The position numbers and the translations under genes are program-made. Source: Minisyncoccia bacterium (GTDB lineage: Bacteria > Patescibacteriota > Minisyncoccia > UBA6257 > 2-01-FULL-56-20). From it: a stretch of DNA of 64,000 nucleotides. The stretch lies in contig JBEKML010000002.1 of assembly GCA_050008535.1 (NCBI GenBank), positions 148,881 through 212,880 on the forward strand, written 5' to 3'. The notes beneath the pieces are model-generated. The model had not been told where the DNA came from. It did no database searches and worked only from the letters and a program-made list of their open reading frames with translations. Shown piece by piece: positions 48,550 to 57,696 of this stretch. Positions within the stretch are counted from its first letter, which is position 1. Every line of letters begins with the position of its first letter.

Positions 48550-49110
48550 ATGACCACTTCTGAACAATTTATAAAAGACCTTGAAACCGGGCTTTCCGGC
48601 GCCGTACAGAAGCTGAAACAGGATTTCGGACAGATCCGCGGCAACCGGCCGTCGGCCGAACTGATACAGGATATTAAAGTGAATCTCTATGACCAGATGC
48701 TTTCCGTCCGCGAGCTCGGCTCTTTGAGCGTGTTGCCGCCGCGGACGATCCAGATCTCTGTGTGGGACAAAAATGCCGTAGGTGCCGTTATGAATGCCAT
48801 CACGAATGCCCATCTCGGGCTTTCTACCAATAACGACGGCAATAATATCCGCGCGACGCTTTCGCCCCTGGGCGACGAACGACGCGAAGAGTTGACGAAG
48901 CTCGTCAAGAAGACCGCCGAAGCGGTGCGGATCCAGATCCGCGCCAAGCGCGACGAAACTATGAAGCGCCTGAAGGACGCCGAGACCAAAAAAGAGATCA
49001 CCGAGGACGAAGCGTTCAAGTCAAAAGAAAAAGTGCAAAAAGCAGTGGACAAGGCGAACGGGGAGGTGGAAACGCTTGTCAGCGTTAAATTACAAGAACT
49101 CGGGGAATGA
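48550..49110 (+). CDS. frr: Ribosome recycling factor
   Basis: QIRGNRPSAELIQDIKV...SVWDKNAVGAVMNAI...LGLSTNNDGNNIRATLSPLGDERREEL. Confidence 0.85.
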   Translation: MTTSEQFIKDLETGLSGAVQKLKQDFGQIRGNRPSAELIQDIKVNLYDQMLSVRELGSLSVLPPRTIQISVWDKNAVGAVMNAITNAHLGLSTNNDGNNIRATLSPLGDERREELTKLVKKTAEAVRIQIRAKRDETMKRLKDAETKKEITEDEAFKSKEKVQKAVDKANGEVETLVSVKLQELGE

Positions 49111-50171
49111 TCATCGCAATTCTTGTCATCATCGGGCTTTCGCTTCTTATCCTCGGCCACGAGGCGGGGCATTTTTTTGCAGCGAAAATATTCGGGTTGA
49201 AAGTGGACGAATTCGGCTTCGGCTTCCCGCCGCGAATCACGGCGTGGAAAAAAGGGGAGACGGAATACAGCGTGAACTGGCTGCCGTTCGGCGGGTTCGT
49301 AAAGATCGGCGGGGAGCGCGGCGAGTTTGAAATGGTAAACCCCAACGATGCAGAAAAAAGCGAAGGGGAAAAGAAGGCGGCAGACAAAACACGGCTACTC
49401 TACGCACAGCCGGCGTGGAAAAAAAGCGTGATTATGCTCGCGGGGGTTTTTATGAACTTTCTCTTAGGATGGTTCTTTCTTTCGCTTATCTTGATGATCG
49501 GTGCGCCGCAGGCGCTCGTCGTCGGCGGCGTTCAGCCGAACTCGCCTGCGTTGCAGGCGGGGATAATGGCGGGGGATATTGTAAAGGGCTTTACGAGCGC
49601 GCAGGGTTTTATTGATTTTGTGAACGTTCACCGCGGTGAGCAGACCGCGATCACTGTTATCCGCAATAACAAGGAAATAAGCTTCACTGTTGTCCCGCGT
49701 GTGCATACGGCTCCGAACGAGGGCGCGCTAGGCGTGGGACTTGCGGAAACCGGTACGCCGCGCGAAGGATTCTTTGCGGCGGTCAAGGACGGCTTTGTGA
49801 ATGCCGGCATCATCCTGTGGCTTACGATCGGCGCCCTTTATCAATTGATCATCCAGCTTTTCGCGCATGCCTCGCTTTTGCCGGGCGTTGTGGGGCCGGT
49901 GGGCATTTTCGGCCTCGCGGAGGAAACCGGAAAAATCGGGCTGGTTTATCTTTTGCAATTGATGGGGATCATATCGCTCAACCTTACCATCGTGAACCTC
50001 ATCCCGTTCCCGGCGCTTGACGGCGGCCGGTTCGTGATGGCGATCATAGAAAAAATAAAGGGTGGAGCGTTGTCGTATAAAGTGGAGGCGTGGGTAAACG
50101 GTCTCGGTTTCGCATTGCTTCTTCTTTTGATGGTGTTGCTTACGATCCGCGATGTAAGTGGATTGATATAG
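49107..50171 (+). CDS. rseP: RIP metalloprotease RseP (M50 site-2 protease)
   Basis: HEAGHFFAAK (HExxH) and TM segments. The PDZ region is reduced. Confidence 0.75.
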   Translation: MIIAILVIIGLSLLILGHEAGHFFAAKIFGLKVDEFGFGFPPRITAWKKGETEYSVNWLPFGGFVKIGGERGEFEMVNPNDAEKSEGEKKAADKTRLLYAQPAWKKSVIMLAGVFMNFLLGWFFLSLILMIGAPQALVVGGVQPNSPALQAGIMAGDIVKGFTSAQGFIDFVNVHRGEQTAITVIRNNKEISFTVVPRVHTAPNEGALGVGLAETGTPREGFFAAVKDGFVNAGIILWLTIGALYQLIIQLFAHASLLPGVVGPVGIFGLAEETGKIGLVYLLQLMGIISLNLTIVNLIPFPALDGGRFVMAIIEKIKGGALSYKVEAWVNGLGFALLLLLMVLLTIRDVSGLI

Positions 50172-50189
50172 ACGGGGTATAATTGAAGC

Positions 50190-51380
50190 ATGATCCAGCG
50201 TGGCATCGCTTCTTTCGGGCTTGATTACGGCCGCTGTCCACCGTGGCTTTTTGAACGGATGGTGAAGCTCGGCCGCGAGATGGCATATGTGCTCGTCGCC
50301 GAGTACGGCCCGGATGAATTCATAAAGCGGATCGCGGATCCGGCATGGTTCCAGTCGCTCGGCACGGTACTGGCGTTTGATTGGAATGCATCGGGGCTCA
50401 CGACCATTCTGACCGCGGCGCTGAAAGAAGCTATCCGCGGCCGCGAGCGCGAGTTGGGGATTTTTATCTGCGGCGGAAAAGGGAAAACCTCGCGCAAAAC
50501 GCCGGAGGAGATCATGCAATGGGGCGAGAAGCTCTCGCTTCCCGCGCCTGCAACGAACAACCTTGTCTACAATTCGAAAATGAGCGCAAAGGTGGATAGC
50601 GCGCTCGTGCAGGACGGGTTCCAGCTTTATCACCATTCGTTTTTCTTTTCGCGCGGCGGCGCGTGGGCGGTCGTCCAGCAGGGGATGAACAAGGAAAAAC
50701 GCTCGGCACGACGGTATCACTGGTTTTCAGAAAATATCAACGACCTTGTTTCAGAGCCGCATTCCGGTATCTCTTCGCCCGTGGTTTTGAACCGCGTTTT
50801 AAATCTTACGGCGAAACAGAGTACGCAAACGCGCGAGATTTCCACCGAGCTTGTGCAGGCGGGCTACGCAACGCTCATGAAAGACATCCAACTTTTGCGC
50901 AAGTATTCCTCGCCGCTTTCGCAGATGGCGCAATTTGAGAACGCGCGCGGGGAGCAGCTTTCGCTTTTGAACCTTGAAACGCGCGAGTTCAAATCCCACC
51001 CGGTGGTATACGAGGATTTTTCAAAGAGCAAATATCTGGAAAAGGTGCTCGCGAAAGTAACCGACCGGAAGCCGGAGAATTATGAAAAACTGATCGCCAT
51101 TGAGGGCGTGGGGCCGAAGACCGTGCGTGCCCTCGCGCTCGTAGGCGAAGTGATCTATGGTGCAAAGCCCTCCTATGAAGATCCTGCGCGTTACAGCTTT
51201 GCGCATGGCGGTAAGGATGCCACGCCGTATCCCGTGGACCGCATAACCTACGACCAGACGATCACGATCCTTGGCGAAGCGGTGCGCAAAACGCGACTCT
51301 CGCCGGACGAAAAACGCCGCGCGCTCGGACGGCTGCAGGTCGGGAGAAGCGGTCAGCAAGGCGCCGGACGGGTGCTATAA
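50190..51380 (+). CDS. DUF763-like protein
   Basis: Large conserved hypothetical protein with an IEGVGPKTVRAL helix-hairpin-helix-like motif. Confidence 0.4.
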   Translation: MIQRGIASFGLDYGRCPPWLFERMVKLGREMAYVLVAEYGPDEFIKRIADPAWFQSLGTVLAFDWNASGLTTILTAALKEAIRGRERELGIFICGGKGKTSRKTPEEIMQWGEKLSLPAPATNNLVYNSKMSAKVDSALVQDGFQLYHHSFFFSRGGAWAVVQQGMNKEKRSARRYHWFSENINDLVSEPHSGISSPVVLNRVLNLTAKQSTQTREISTELVQAGYATLMKDIQLLRKYSSPLSQMAQFENARGEQLSLLNLETREFKSHPVVYEDFSKSKYLEKVLAKVTDRKPENYEKLIAIEGVGPKTVRALALVGEVIYGAKPSYEDPARYSFAHGGKDATPYPVDRITYDQTITILGEAVRKTRLSPDEKRRALGRLQVGRSGQQGAGRVL

Positions 51381-53130
51381 TTGGAGTATTCCCGGGCTAG
51401 AAACCAAAACCTGCCAAAACTGCAAACAACCGTTCGTCATTGAGCCGGACGATTTTGCGTTTTATCAAAAGATTGATGTCCCGCCGCCGACGCTTTGCCC
51501 GGAGTGCCGTATGCAGCGTAGGCTCGCGTGGAGGAATGAGCGATCTATTCACAAACGCGCCTGTGATCTATGCGGAGCTAGTGTTATTGGAATGTATCCT
51601 GCCACTACGAAATTTCCGGTTTACTGCCATTCTTGTTGGTGGTCGGATAAATGGGACCCCATCGTGTATGGAAGGGAGTATGATCCGAGCCGGTCCTTTT
51701 TTGAACAATGGAAGGAGCTGCAAAATGTGGTGCCTCGTCCGGAACATAATAACAGCGGAAACATTGTGAACAGTGCGTATACAAACTGCGCCGCGGACAT
51801 GAAGAATTGCTACCTGGTTTTTGGGGCACAGAAAGACGAGAATTCCATGTATTCGCATTATTTAAATCAATCAAACGAATGCTTAGACCTTCTGCACGTT
51901 TTTTCTTCTGAAAAATGCTACGACTGCTTTGATGCTGAGCAATGCCACTCGGTTCGATATTCGCAATCGTCGATGAATTGTCGAAACTCGTTTTTTCTAT
52001 ATGACTGTAAAAACTGTTCCGACTGCATCGCGTGTATCGGGTTACGGAACAAGCGATTTCACATCTTTAACGTTCCTTATGCAAAGGAAGAGTATCTGAG
52101 AAAGAGGGACGAATTTCGACTAGACTCCAGACGTGGCATCGAAGATCTAAGGAAAAGATTTCTGAGTAACGAGCTGTATCGTGCTTTTCCGCGCAGATTC
52201 TTTCACGGCCAGTTGAACACAGCGAGTACGGGTGATTACATTAGTGAAAGTGAAAACGCGTTAAGCTGTTTTTACGCAAAGGGTTTGCGGGGCTGTAAAT
52301 ACGTTTTCTGGGCGCACAACATGAAGGATTCATATGACTACTTTGCTTTTGCAGATCCCGATGAGCTTGCTTACGAAAGAGTGTCGGGCGGGTACGGGGA
52401 TTATAATTGCAAATTTACTGAAGCATCATGGATAGGTAATCGCGACCTCGAATATTGCGGGCTTTGCTATAACACTAGATCTCTTTTTGGGTGTATCGGT
52501 CTCAGGAAAAAAGAGTTTTGTATTTTGAACAGGCGGTATGCGGAGGCGGAATACCATGAACTCGTTGTACGGATTCGCAAGCAGATGACGGAAACGGGGG
52601 AATACGGAGAATTTTTCCCAATATCGCTTTCGCCGTTTCCATATTGGGATTCGGTTGCACAGGAGCATTTCCCATTGACAAAAGAACAGGTCTTGGAGAA
52701 GGGGTATGGATGGCGCGAGCCGGATCCCCGCACTCAGAAAATTACGAGAACGCCAAGCGAACTGCCGGATACGATTGCCGAGGTGTCGGACGATATTTTG
52801 AACGAAACGATCGGCTGTGAGCATGGCGGGGTGTGCGCCCATCAATGCACGGTCGCATTTCGGATCACTCCTGAGGAGTTAAAATTCTATAGAGAACAGA
52901 ATATTCCGCTTCCAACGCTCTGTTTTCAGTGCCGCCATGCATCTCGCATCGCCCTTCGAAGCCCGCTTAAGCTCTGGCACCGCAAATGCATGTGCGATGG
53001 GAAGGTATACCAGAACACCGCCACCCACCAGCATCAGGATGTATGCCCCACCGGATTCGAAACCTCCTACGCCCCCGACCGGCCGGAGATCGTCTACTGC
53101 GAACAGTGCTACAACGCGGAGGTGGCGTAA
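51271..53130 (+). CDS. Cys-rich multi-zinc-ribbon protein, paralog P3 (start uncertain)
   Basis: TCQNCKQPFVIEPDDFAFYQKIDVPPPTLCPECR matches the P2 and P4 N-termini from about residue 40. Two CIGLRNK/CIGLRKK modules. C-terminal CTVAFRITPEELKFYREQNIPLPTLCFQCRH...WHRKCMC...ETSYAPDRPEIVYCEQCYNAEVA. The only in-frame ATG/GTG/TTG lies 110 nt inside the upstream gene; a TATAAT box lies at 51375-51380. Confidence 0.75.
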   Translation: MAKRCAKRDSRRTKNAARSDGCRSGEAVSKAPDGCYNWSIPGLETKTCQNCKQPFVIEPDDFAFYQKIDVPPPTLCPECRMQRRLAWRNERSIHKRACDLCGASVIGMYPATTKFPVYCHSCWWSDKWDPIVYGREYDPSRSFFEQWKELQNVVPRPEHNNSGNIVNSAYTNCAADMKNCYLVFGAQKDENSMYSHYLNQSNECLDLLHVFSSEKCYDCFDAEQCHSVRYSQSSMNCRNSFFLYDCKNCSDCIACIGLRNKRFHIFNVPYAKEEYLRKRDEFRLDSRRGIEDLRKRFLSNELYRAFPRRFFHGQLNTASTGDYISESENALSCFYAKGLRGCKYVFWAHNMKDSYDYFAFADPDELAYERVSGGYGDYNCKFTEASWIGNRDLEYCGLCYNTRSLFGCIGLRKKEFCILNRRYAEAEYHELVVRIRKQMTETGEYGEFFPISLSPFPYWDSVAQEHFPLTKEQVLEKGYGWREPDPRTQKITRTPSELPDTIAEVSDDILNETIGCEHGGVCAHQCTVAFRITPEELKFYREQNIPLPTLCFQCRHASRIALRSPLKLWHRKCMCDGKVYQNTATHQHQDVCPTGFETSYAPDRPEIVYCEQCYNAEVA

Positions 53131-53144
53131 GGTAGAATAGAGTT

Positions 53145-54896
53145 ATGGATACCAAAACGAAGACCTGTGCGAATTGTAAAACGCGGTTTACTATAGAACC
53201 TGACGACTTCTCGTTCTACCAAAAGATTGATGTTCCGCCGCCGACGTTTTGCCCGGGGTGCCGCTACATCCGGCGGCTTTTGGATCGCAACGAATATAAT
53301 TTTTATCGCCGCAAGTGCAATGCGACGGGAGAAAACATCATTTCAATCTATCGTCCCGACGCGCCGTTCCCGGTGTACAAGCAGGACTATTGGAAATCGG
53401 ATGCGTTCGACGGGCTTGCCTATGGCCGGGATTTTGATTTCAGCCGCCCATTCTTTGAGCAATACGAGGAGCTCCGCCGCGTAGTACCGCACCTCGCACT
53501 TGTGAATGCAAGCAGCGAGAACAGCGAATATACCAATCAATCCCAGGATAACAAGGATTGTTACATGCTCGTTACGAGCAATACGAGCGAAAAATGCATG
53601 TACGGGAGCTGGTGCCAGAATAAATGTTTTTTCTTGTCAGATTGCTATATGGTGGAAGGAAGCGAGTTCTGCTATGAATGCATGAACCTTACGAAATGTT
53701 CCCGTTGCAGATGGTGCCGCGATTGTTCCGACTGCATTGATATTTGTTTTTCAGTTGATTGTCGCGGATGTACAAATTGCTTCGGCTGTGTGGGCCTGCG
53801 AAACAAGCAGAACTGCTGGGGCAACGAACAGTTGGATAAGATTGAGTACGGGCGCAGACTGAAAGAATTCCCATGGACAAATGGGGCCATAGCACGTGCG
53901 CAGGAAGAACTCTCAAAGTTACGAGTAAAGATTCCGGTGAAATACTATCATGGTTCACAAACGCAAAATTCCTCCGGCGACTATCTGGAAAACACACAGC
54001 GGGTGCGCATGGCTTTTAACTGTCGCGACAACAAGGATACGGCGTATATGCAGGACGCGTGGAATCAGACGGAGGATTGCTTGGATTGTACGGAGATTAT
54101 TATTGCGCAGTTGTCGTATGAGATACAAGGCGTTGATACTCCGCATCGGACCATCGTGGCGCGAAGTTGTTTTGATACCGTAGTCGATTCTTGCTATTGC
54201 GATATGTGCTTCAATGCGAACAATTGTTTCGGGTGCTTTGGATTAAAACAGAAACAATACTGTATTTTGAACAAGCAATATTCCAAAGCAGAATATCTCG
54301 CGCTGAAAGAAAAGATAATTGATCATATGAAGCAAGCGGGGGAGTGGGGCGAATATTTCCCGCCGAACGTGTCACCCTTCGCCTATAACGAATCCATGGC
54401 ACAGGATTACTTTCCGCTCATGCGGGAAGAGGCGGTTAAGCGGGGATATTCTTGGTATGATCGCCCCGCCACGCAGTATGACATTACTTTGACCTCGGAT
54501 AAACTGCCGAGAACCATTTCCGAAACCACCGACGATATTTTGAACCAGACGATCCAGTGCAAGACACAGGAGAGCGAAGAAGAAAAAAAGAAAAATCCCT
54601 TGTGTGTTACCGCGTTCAAGATAGTTCCCTTAGAGCTTACGCTGTACCGAAAGATCGGGATTCCCGTTCCCGAGTACTGTTTCCCGTGCAGGCGCACAAA
54701 ACGTTTTGCGTTCCGCAATCCACGTACGCTCTATAAAGGAGTATGCCAATGTAACGGGCCGAAGGCGACATGCAAAAACACCGCGGAACACTTTCATGGC
54801 GCAAGCCATTGTCCCAATGGATTCGAAACTTCCTATGCCCCCGACCGGCCCGAGATCGTCTACTGCGAACAGTGCTATAACGCGGAGGTGGCGTAA
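53145..54896 (+). CDS. Cys-rich multi-zinc-ribbon protein, paralog P4
   Basis: In tandem with P3, 14 nt after its stop. Same N-terminal, internal and C-terminal modules. The last ~85 nt are about 92% identical to P3. Confidence 0.8.
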   Translation: MDTKTKTCANCKTRFTIEPDDFSFYQKIDVPPPTFCPGCRYIRRLLDRNEYNFYRRKCNATGENIISIYRPDAPFPVYKQDYWKSDAFDGLAYGRDFDFSRPFFEQYEELRRVVPHLALVNASSENSEYTNQSQDNKDCYMLVTSNTSEKCMYGSWCQNKCFFLSDCYMVEGSEFCYECMNLTKCSRCRWCRDCSDCIDICFSVDCRGCTNCFGCVGLRNKQNCWGNEQLDKIEYGRRLKEFPWTNGAIARAQEELSKLRVKIPVKYYHGSQTQNSSGDYLENTQRVRMAFNCRDNKDTAYMQDAWNQTEDCLDCTEIIIAQLSYEIQGVDTPHRTIVARSCFDTVVDSCYCDMCFNANNCFGCFGLKQKQYCILNKQYSKAEYLALKEKIIDHMKQAGEWGEYFPPNVSPFAYNESMAQDYFPLMREEAVKRGYSWYDRPATQYDITLTSDKLPRTISETTDDILNQTIQCKTQESEEEKKKNPLCVTAFKIVPLELTLYRKIGIPVPEYCFPCRRTKRFAFRNPRTLYKGVCQCNGPKATCKNTAEHFHGASHCPNGFETSYAPDRPEIVYCEQCYNAEVA

Positions 54897-54925
54897 CCGC
54901 GATGGGGGAGGTATAATGAATCCAC

Positions 54926-55207
54926 ATGGACTCACTGATCCACGCCGACATCTTCTTTTTTGTGACGACGATCGTGGTGGTGATCGTCGGGGCGGCACTT
55001 ACGGCGGTGCTCGTTTATCTGGCAAGGGTGCTTTCCGACATCAAAAAGATCACGGCACAGGTGCACGAAGAGACGGTCCTTTTCCGCGAGGATATCCGCG
55101 GTTTGCGGCAAGATATGCAGCGGGAAGGGTTCAAGATCGCTCGTTTCATCGATTTTTTCAAAAAACTGTTAAAACATAAGAAAACGTCAAGGTCGAAAAA
55201 TTCATAA
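54926..55207 (+). CDS. Small membrane protein with coiled-coil (DUF948-like)
   Basis: GGGGGAGG ribosome-binding site. N-terminal TM helix, then an amphipathic helix. Confidence 0.45.
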   Translation: MDSLIHADIFFFVTTIVVVIVGAALTAVLVYLARVLSDIKKITAQVHEETVLFREDIRGLRQDMQREGFKIARFIDFFKKLLKHKKTSRSKNS

Positions 55208-55215
55208 TAAAAAAC

Positions 55216-55617
55216 ATGAAAAAAATGTCCAAAAAGACGAAACGGATGGCGACGGAGATCGGCGCGGGAGTTCTCACCGCTGCGGCACTTGCGGCCGCTG
55301 GGGCATATTTGCTTTCAGACAAAAAGCGCCGCGCGAAAGCGAAGGCGTGGGCGGTAAAAGCGCGCCGCGAAGTGGCGAAGAACGTGAAAACTGCGCGCCG
55401 GATGGGCGAAGCGGAGTACAAGCGCGTGGTGGAGCGGGCAACGAAGCGTTATGGATCACTGCACAAAGTGAACGTGGCGGAGGTGATGAGGACCGCACGT
55501 GATCTGAAGGCAGAATGGCAGCGGATGAAGAAAGATGCGAGAATAATCGCGAAAATGATGCCGAAGCGGAAGCCTGCACGCCGGGCAAAAAAGCGGACCA
55601 CAAAGAAGCGCAAATAG
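55216..55617 (+). CDS. Small highly basic membrane-associated protein
   Basis: TM segment IGAGVLTAAALAAAGAYLL, then a Lys/Arg-rich helical region. Confidence 0.45.
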   Translation: MKKMSKKTKRMATEIGAGVLTAAALAAAGAYLLSDKKRRAKAKAWAVKARREVAKNVKTARRMGEAEYKRVVERATKRYGSLHKVNVAEVMRTARDLKAEWQRMKKDARIIAKMMPKRKPARRAKKRTTKKRK

Positions 55618-55657
55618 AGACACTAAGATACAAGTAGGCAGACAGCATAGCAAAAGA

Positions 55658-55716
55658 GGTTTTGAAAAGAGCCCTTCTGAGTACTCTTTTCAAAACATCT
55701 TCCTGCTGCTTTTTTG
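55658..55716. terminator. Bidirectional intrinsic terminator between convergent genes
   Basis: 13-bp inverted repeat GTTTTGAAAAGAG/CTCTTTTCAAAAC with T-runs on both sides. Confidence 0.6.
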
Positions 55717-55717
55717 T

Positions 55718-56956
55718 TTATTCGTATCGCAGCGCTTCTATCGGGCTCTTTTTTGCAGCTTGGCGTGCGGGATAGATGCCGAAGATGAGCCCTATGCCGG
55801 ATGAGACGCCGAGCCCGAGCGCTACGGCGCTCCAGGGCAGTACGAACTGCCAATTGAGCCCGTAGGCGTGGCTGAGCACGAAGGCGACCAAGAACGAGAC
55901 GAACCCGCCAAGCGCGATGCCGATCACGCCGCCAATGGCGGTCAGGATAACGGCTTCAAGAAGGAATTGCGAAAGAATATTGCTATCCGTTGCGCCCAGT
56001 GCTTTCCGCAAGCCGATCTCGCGCGTGCGTTCGGTGACGGAAACAAGCATGATATTCATGATGCCGATGCCGCCCACAACAAGGGAAACCGCAGCGACCG
56101 ACGCAAGGAAGAGCGTGAGGACGTTCAAGATCGTGCTCACGGTTTGCATGGCGCTCTCCTGGGTTTGAATGAAGAAATCGTCTTTTGAGGGATCAATGAT
56201 GCCGTGGTCGTTGCGGAGCGTCGCCTTGATGTCGTCCGCGGTTTCGTTTACCGTGCTTACGCTGTCCGCTTCCACGACCATGCGGTTGAAATAATTGATG
56301 CCGAAGATATAGGTTTGCGCCGTCGTGTAGGGCATGAAGACAGCCTCATCGAAGTTCAGGAATGAAAGCTGGCCGGTGCTTTTAAGGACGCCCACGACAC
56401 GGAACGTATGGTTTTTGATGCGTACTTTCTCGCCGATCGCCGAGCCGCCGTCGAAAAGCTTCTGTTCCACCGTTTTCCCGATAACAACGACGCTCGCCAA
56501 CCCCGTCACGTCATCCGCTCCGAACATTTCTCCCTCATCGGTCGTGACGTTGTAAACGTCGCCGAAAAGCTCCGTGGTACCGAGCAGGGTCGCCTGGTAC
56601 GTATTCGTCTGCCACGAAGCCGCTTCACTGCCGAAGACGACGGGCATCACCGTCGCCCCATGGGGGACGTTGCTTTTGTTTTGCAATGCGACAAGATCAC
56701 TCTTCTTCAGCGAATCGGTGAAGGTGGAGAGGAAGTCGGTGGGGCTGGTCGGCTGTCGGCCCGGCACGATCCCGATCACGCGCGAGCCGATGCTCTGGAT
56801 CTCCCCAAGGATGAGCCCCTGCGCGCCCTGGCCCAAGGACATCACGATGATGATGGCCGTGATGCCGATCACGATGCCCAAAATAGTAAGGAACGAGCGC
56901 GAACGGTTCGTGGCGAGGCCGGCCGTGGCAGTTTTGGCGAGTTGGCGGAGCTTCAT
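55718..56956 (-). CDS. ABC transporter permease, MacB/FtsX family
   Basis: N-terminal TM helix, periplasmic MacB-type domain, C-terminal FtsX 3-TM bundle. Confidence 0.8.
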   Translation of the reverse strand: MKLRQLAKTATAGLATNRSRSFLTILGIVIGITAIIIVMSLGQGAQGLILGEIQSIGSRVIGIVPGRQPTSPTDFLSTFTDSLKKSDLVALQNKSNVPHGATVMPVVFGSEAASWQTNTYQATLLGTTELFGDVYNVTTDEGEMFGADDVTGLASVVVIGKTVEQKLFDGGSAIGEKVRIKNHTFRVVGVLKSTGQLSFLNFDEAVFMPYTTAQTYIFGINYFNRMVVEADSVSTVNETADDIKATLRNDHGIIDPSKDDFFIQTQESAMQTVSTILNVLTLFLASVAAVSLVVGGIGIMNIMLVSVTERTREIGLRKALGATDSNILSQFLLEAVILTAIGGVIGIALGGFVSFLVAFVLSHAYGLNWQFVLPWSAVALGLGVSSGIGLIFGIYPARQAAKKSPIEALRYE

Positions 56957-56962
56957 GGCGGT

Positions 56963-57682
56963 TTATTTTTCAAACACGTCGGTCGTCCGGCGGCGTTGTG
57001 CGACTTTTTTGTTGGAATCGATGCGGCCGTCCAAGATGGTGAGGATCCGCTCCGCGTGTTCGGCAGTATGCAATTCGTGGGTGATCAGAATGATCGTGTG
57101 GCCTTGCTCTTCGTTCAGCCGCTGGATCGTTTCCATGACCGCTTGCCCTGATTTTGAATCAAGGTTACCGGTCGGTTCATCGGCAAAAATAACCTGCGGC
57201 GAGAGGATGAGCGCGCGGGCGATCGCCACCCGCTGTTTTTCGCCGCCGGAGAGCTGGTAGGCTTGGTGATTGGTCCGGTGGCCGAGCTTAACGGTCTGGA
57301 TCGCCTTTATTGCCATGTCGCTCCACTGTTCTTCGGGAATATCCGAATAAAGAAGGGGAAGCTTCACGTTGTCCAGCACGGTCGCGCGCGGCAGCAGATT
57401 GAACGCCTGGAACACGAACCCCATTTTATTGTTGCGGATATGCGCGAGCTCGTCCTCGGAATATTCCGACATTTCTTTTCCGTCAAAGATATACGTGCCG
57501 CTCGTATAGCGGTCCAGGAAGCCGAGAATATGGAGGAGGGTGGACTTGCCGGAACCGGACGGCCCCATGATCGCCACGAATTCGCCCGCATTGATCTCGA
57601 GCGAAACATCTTCTACGGCGATGGTTTCCGCACCCTCATCGCCATAAACCTTACGGAGCGATTTTGCTTCAATAAGCGCCAT
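56963..57682 (-). CDS. ABC transporter ATP-binding protein (MacB/LolD-type)
   Basis: Walker A GPSGSGKST, signature LSGGEKQRVAIARAL, Walker B IFADEPTGNLD. Confidence 0.85.
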   Translation of the reverse strand: MALIEAKSLRKVYGDEGAETIAVEDVSLEINAGEFVAIMGPSGSGKSTLLHILGFLDRYTSGTYIFDGKEMSEYSEDELAHIRNNKMGFVFQAFNLLPRATVLDNVKLPLLYSDIPEEQWSDMAIKAIQTVKLGHRTNHQAYQLSGGEKQRVAIARALILSPQVIFADEPTGNLDSKSGQAVMETIQRLNEEQGHTIILITHELHTAEHAERILTILDGRIDSNKKVAQRRRTTDVFEK

Positions 57683-57696
57683 AGCGTGCGTGCTTA

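Noticed and set aside
49728-50720. 330-aa minus-strand ORF across rseP and the DUF763-like gene
   Set aside because: Antisense artefact.
56408-57260. Plus-strand ORFs of 247 aa and 228 aa inside the ABC permease and ATPase genes
   Set aside because: Antisense to genes with Walker and FtsX features.
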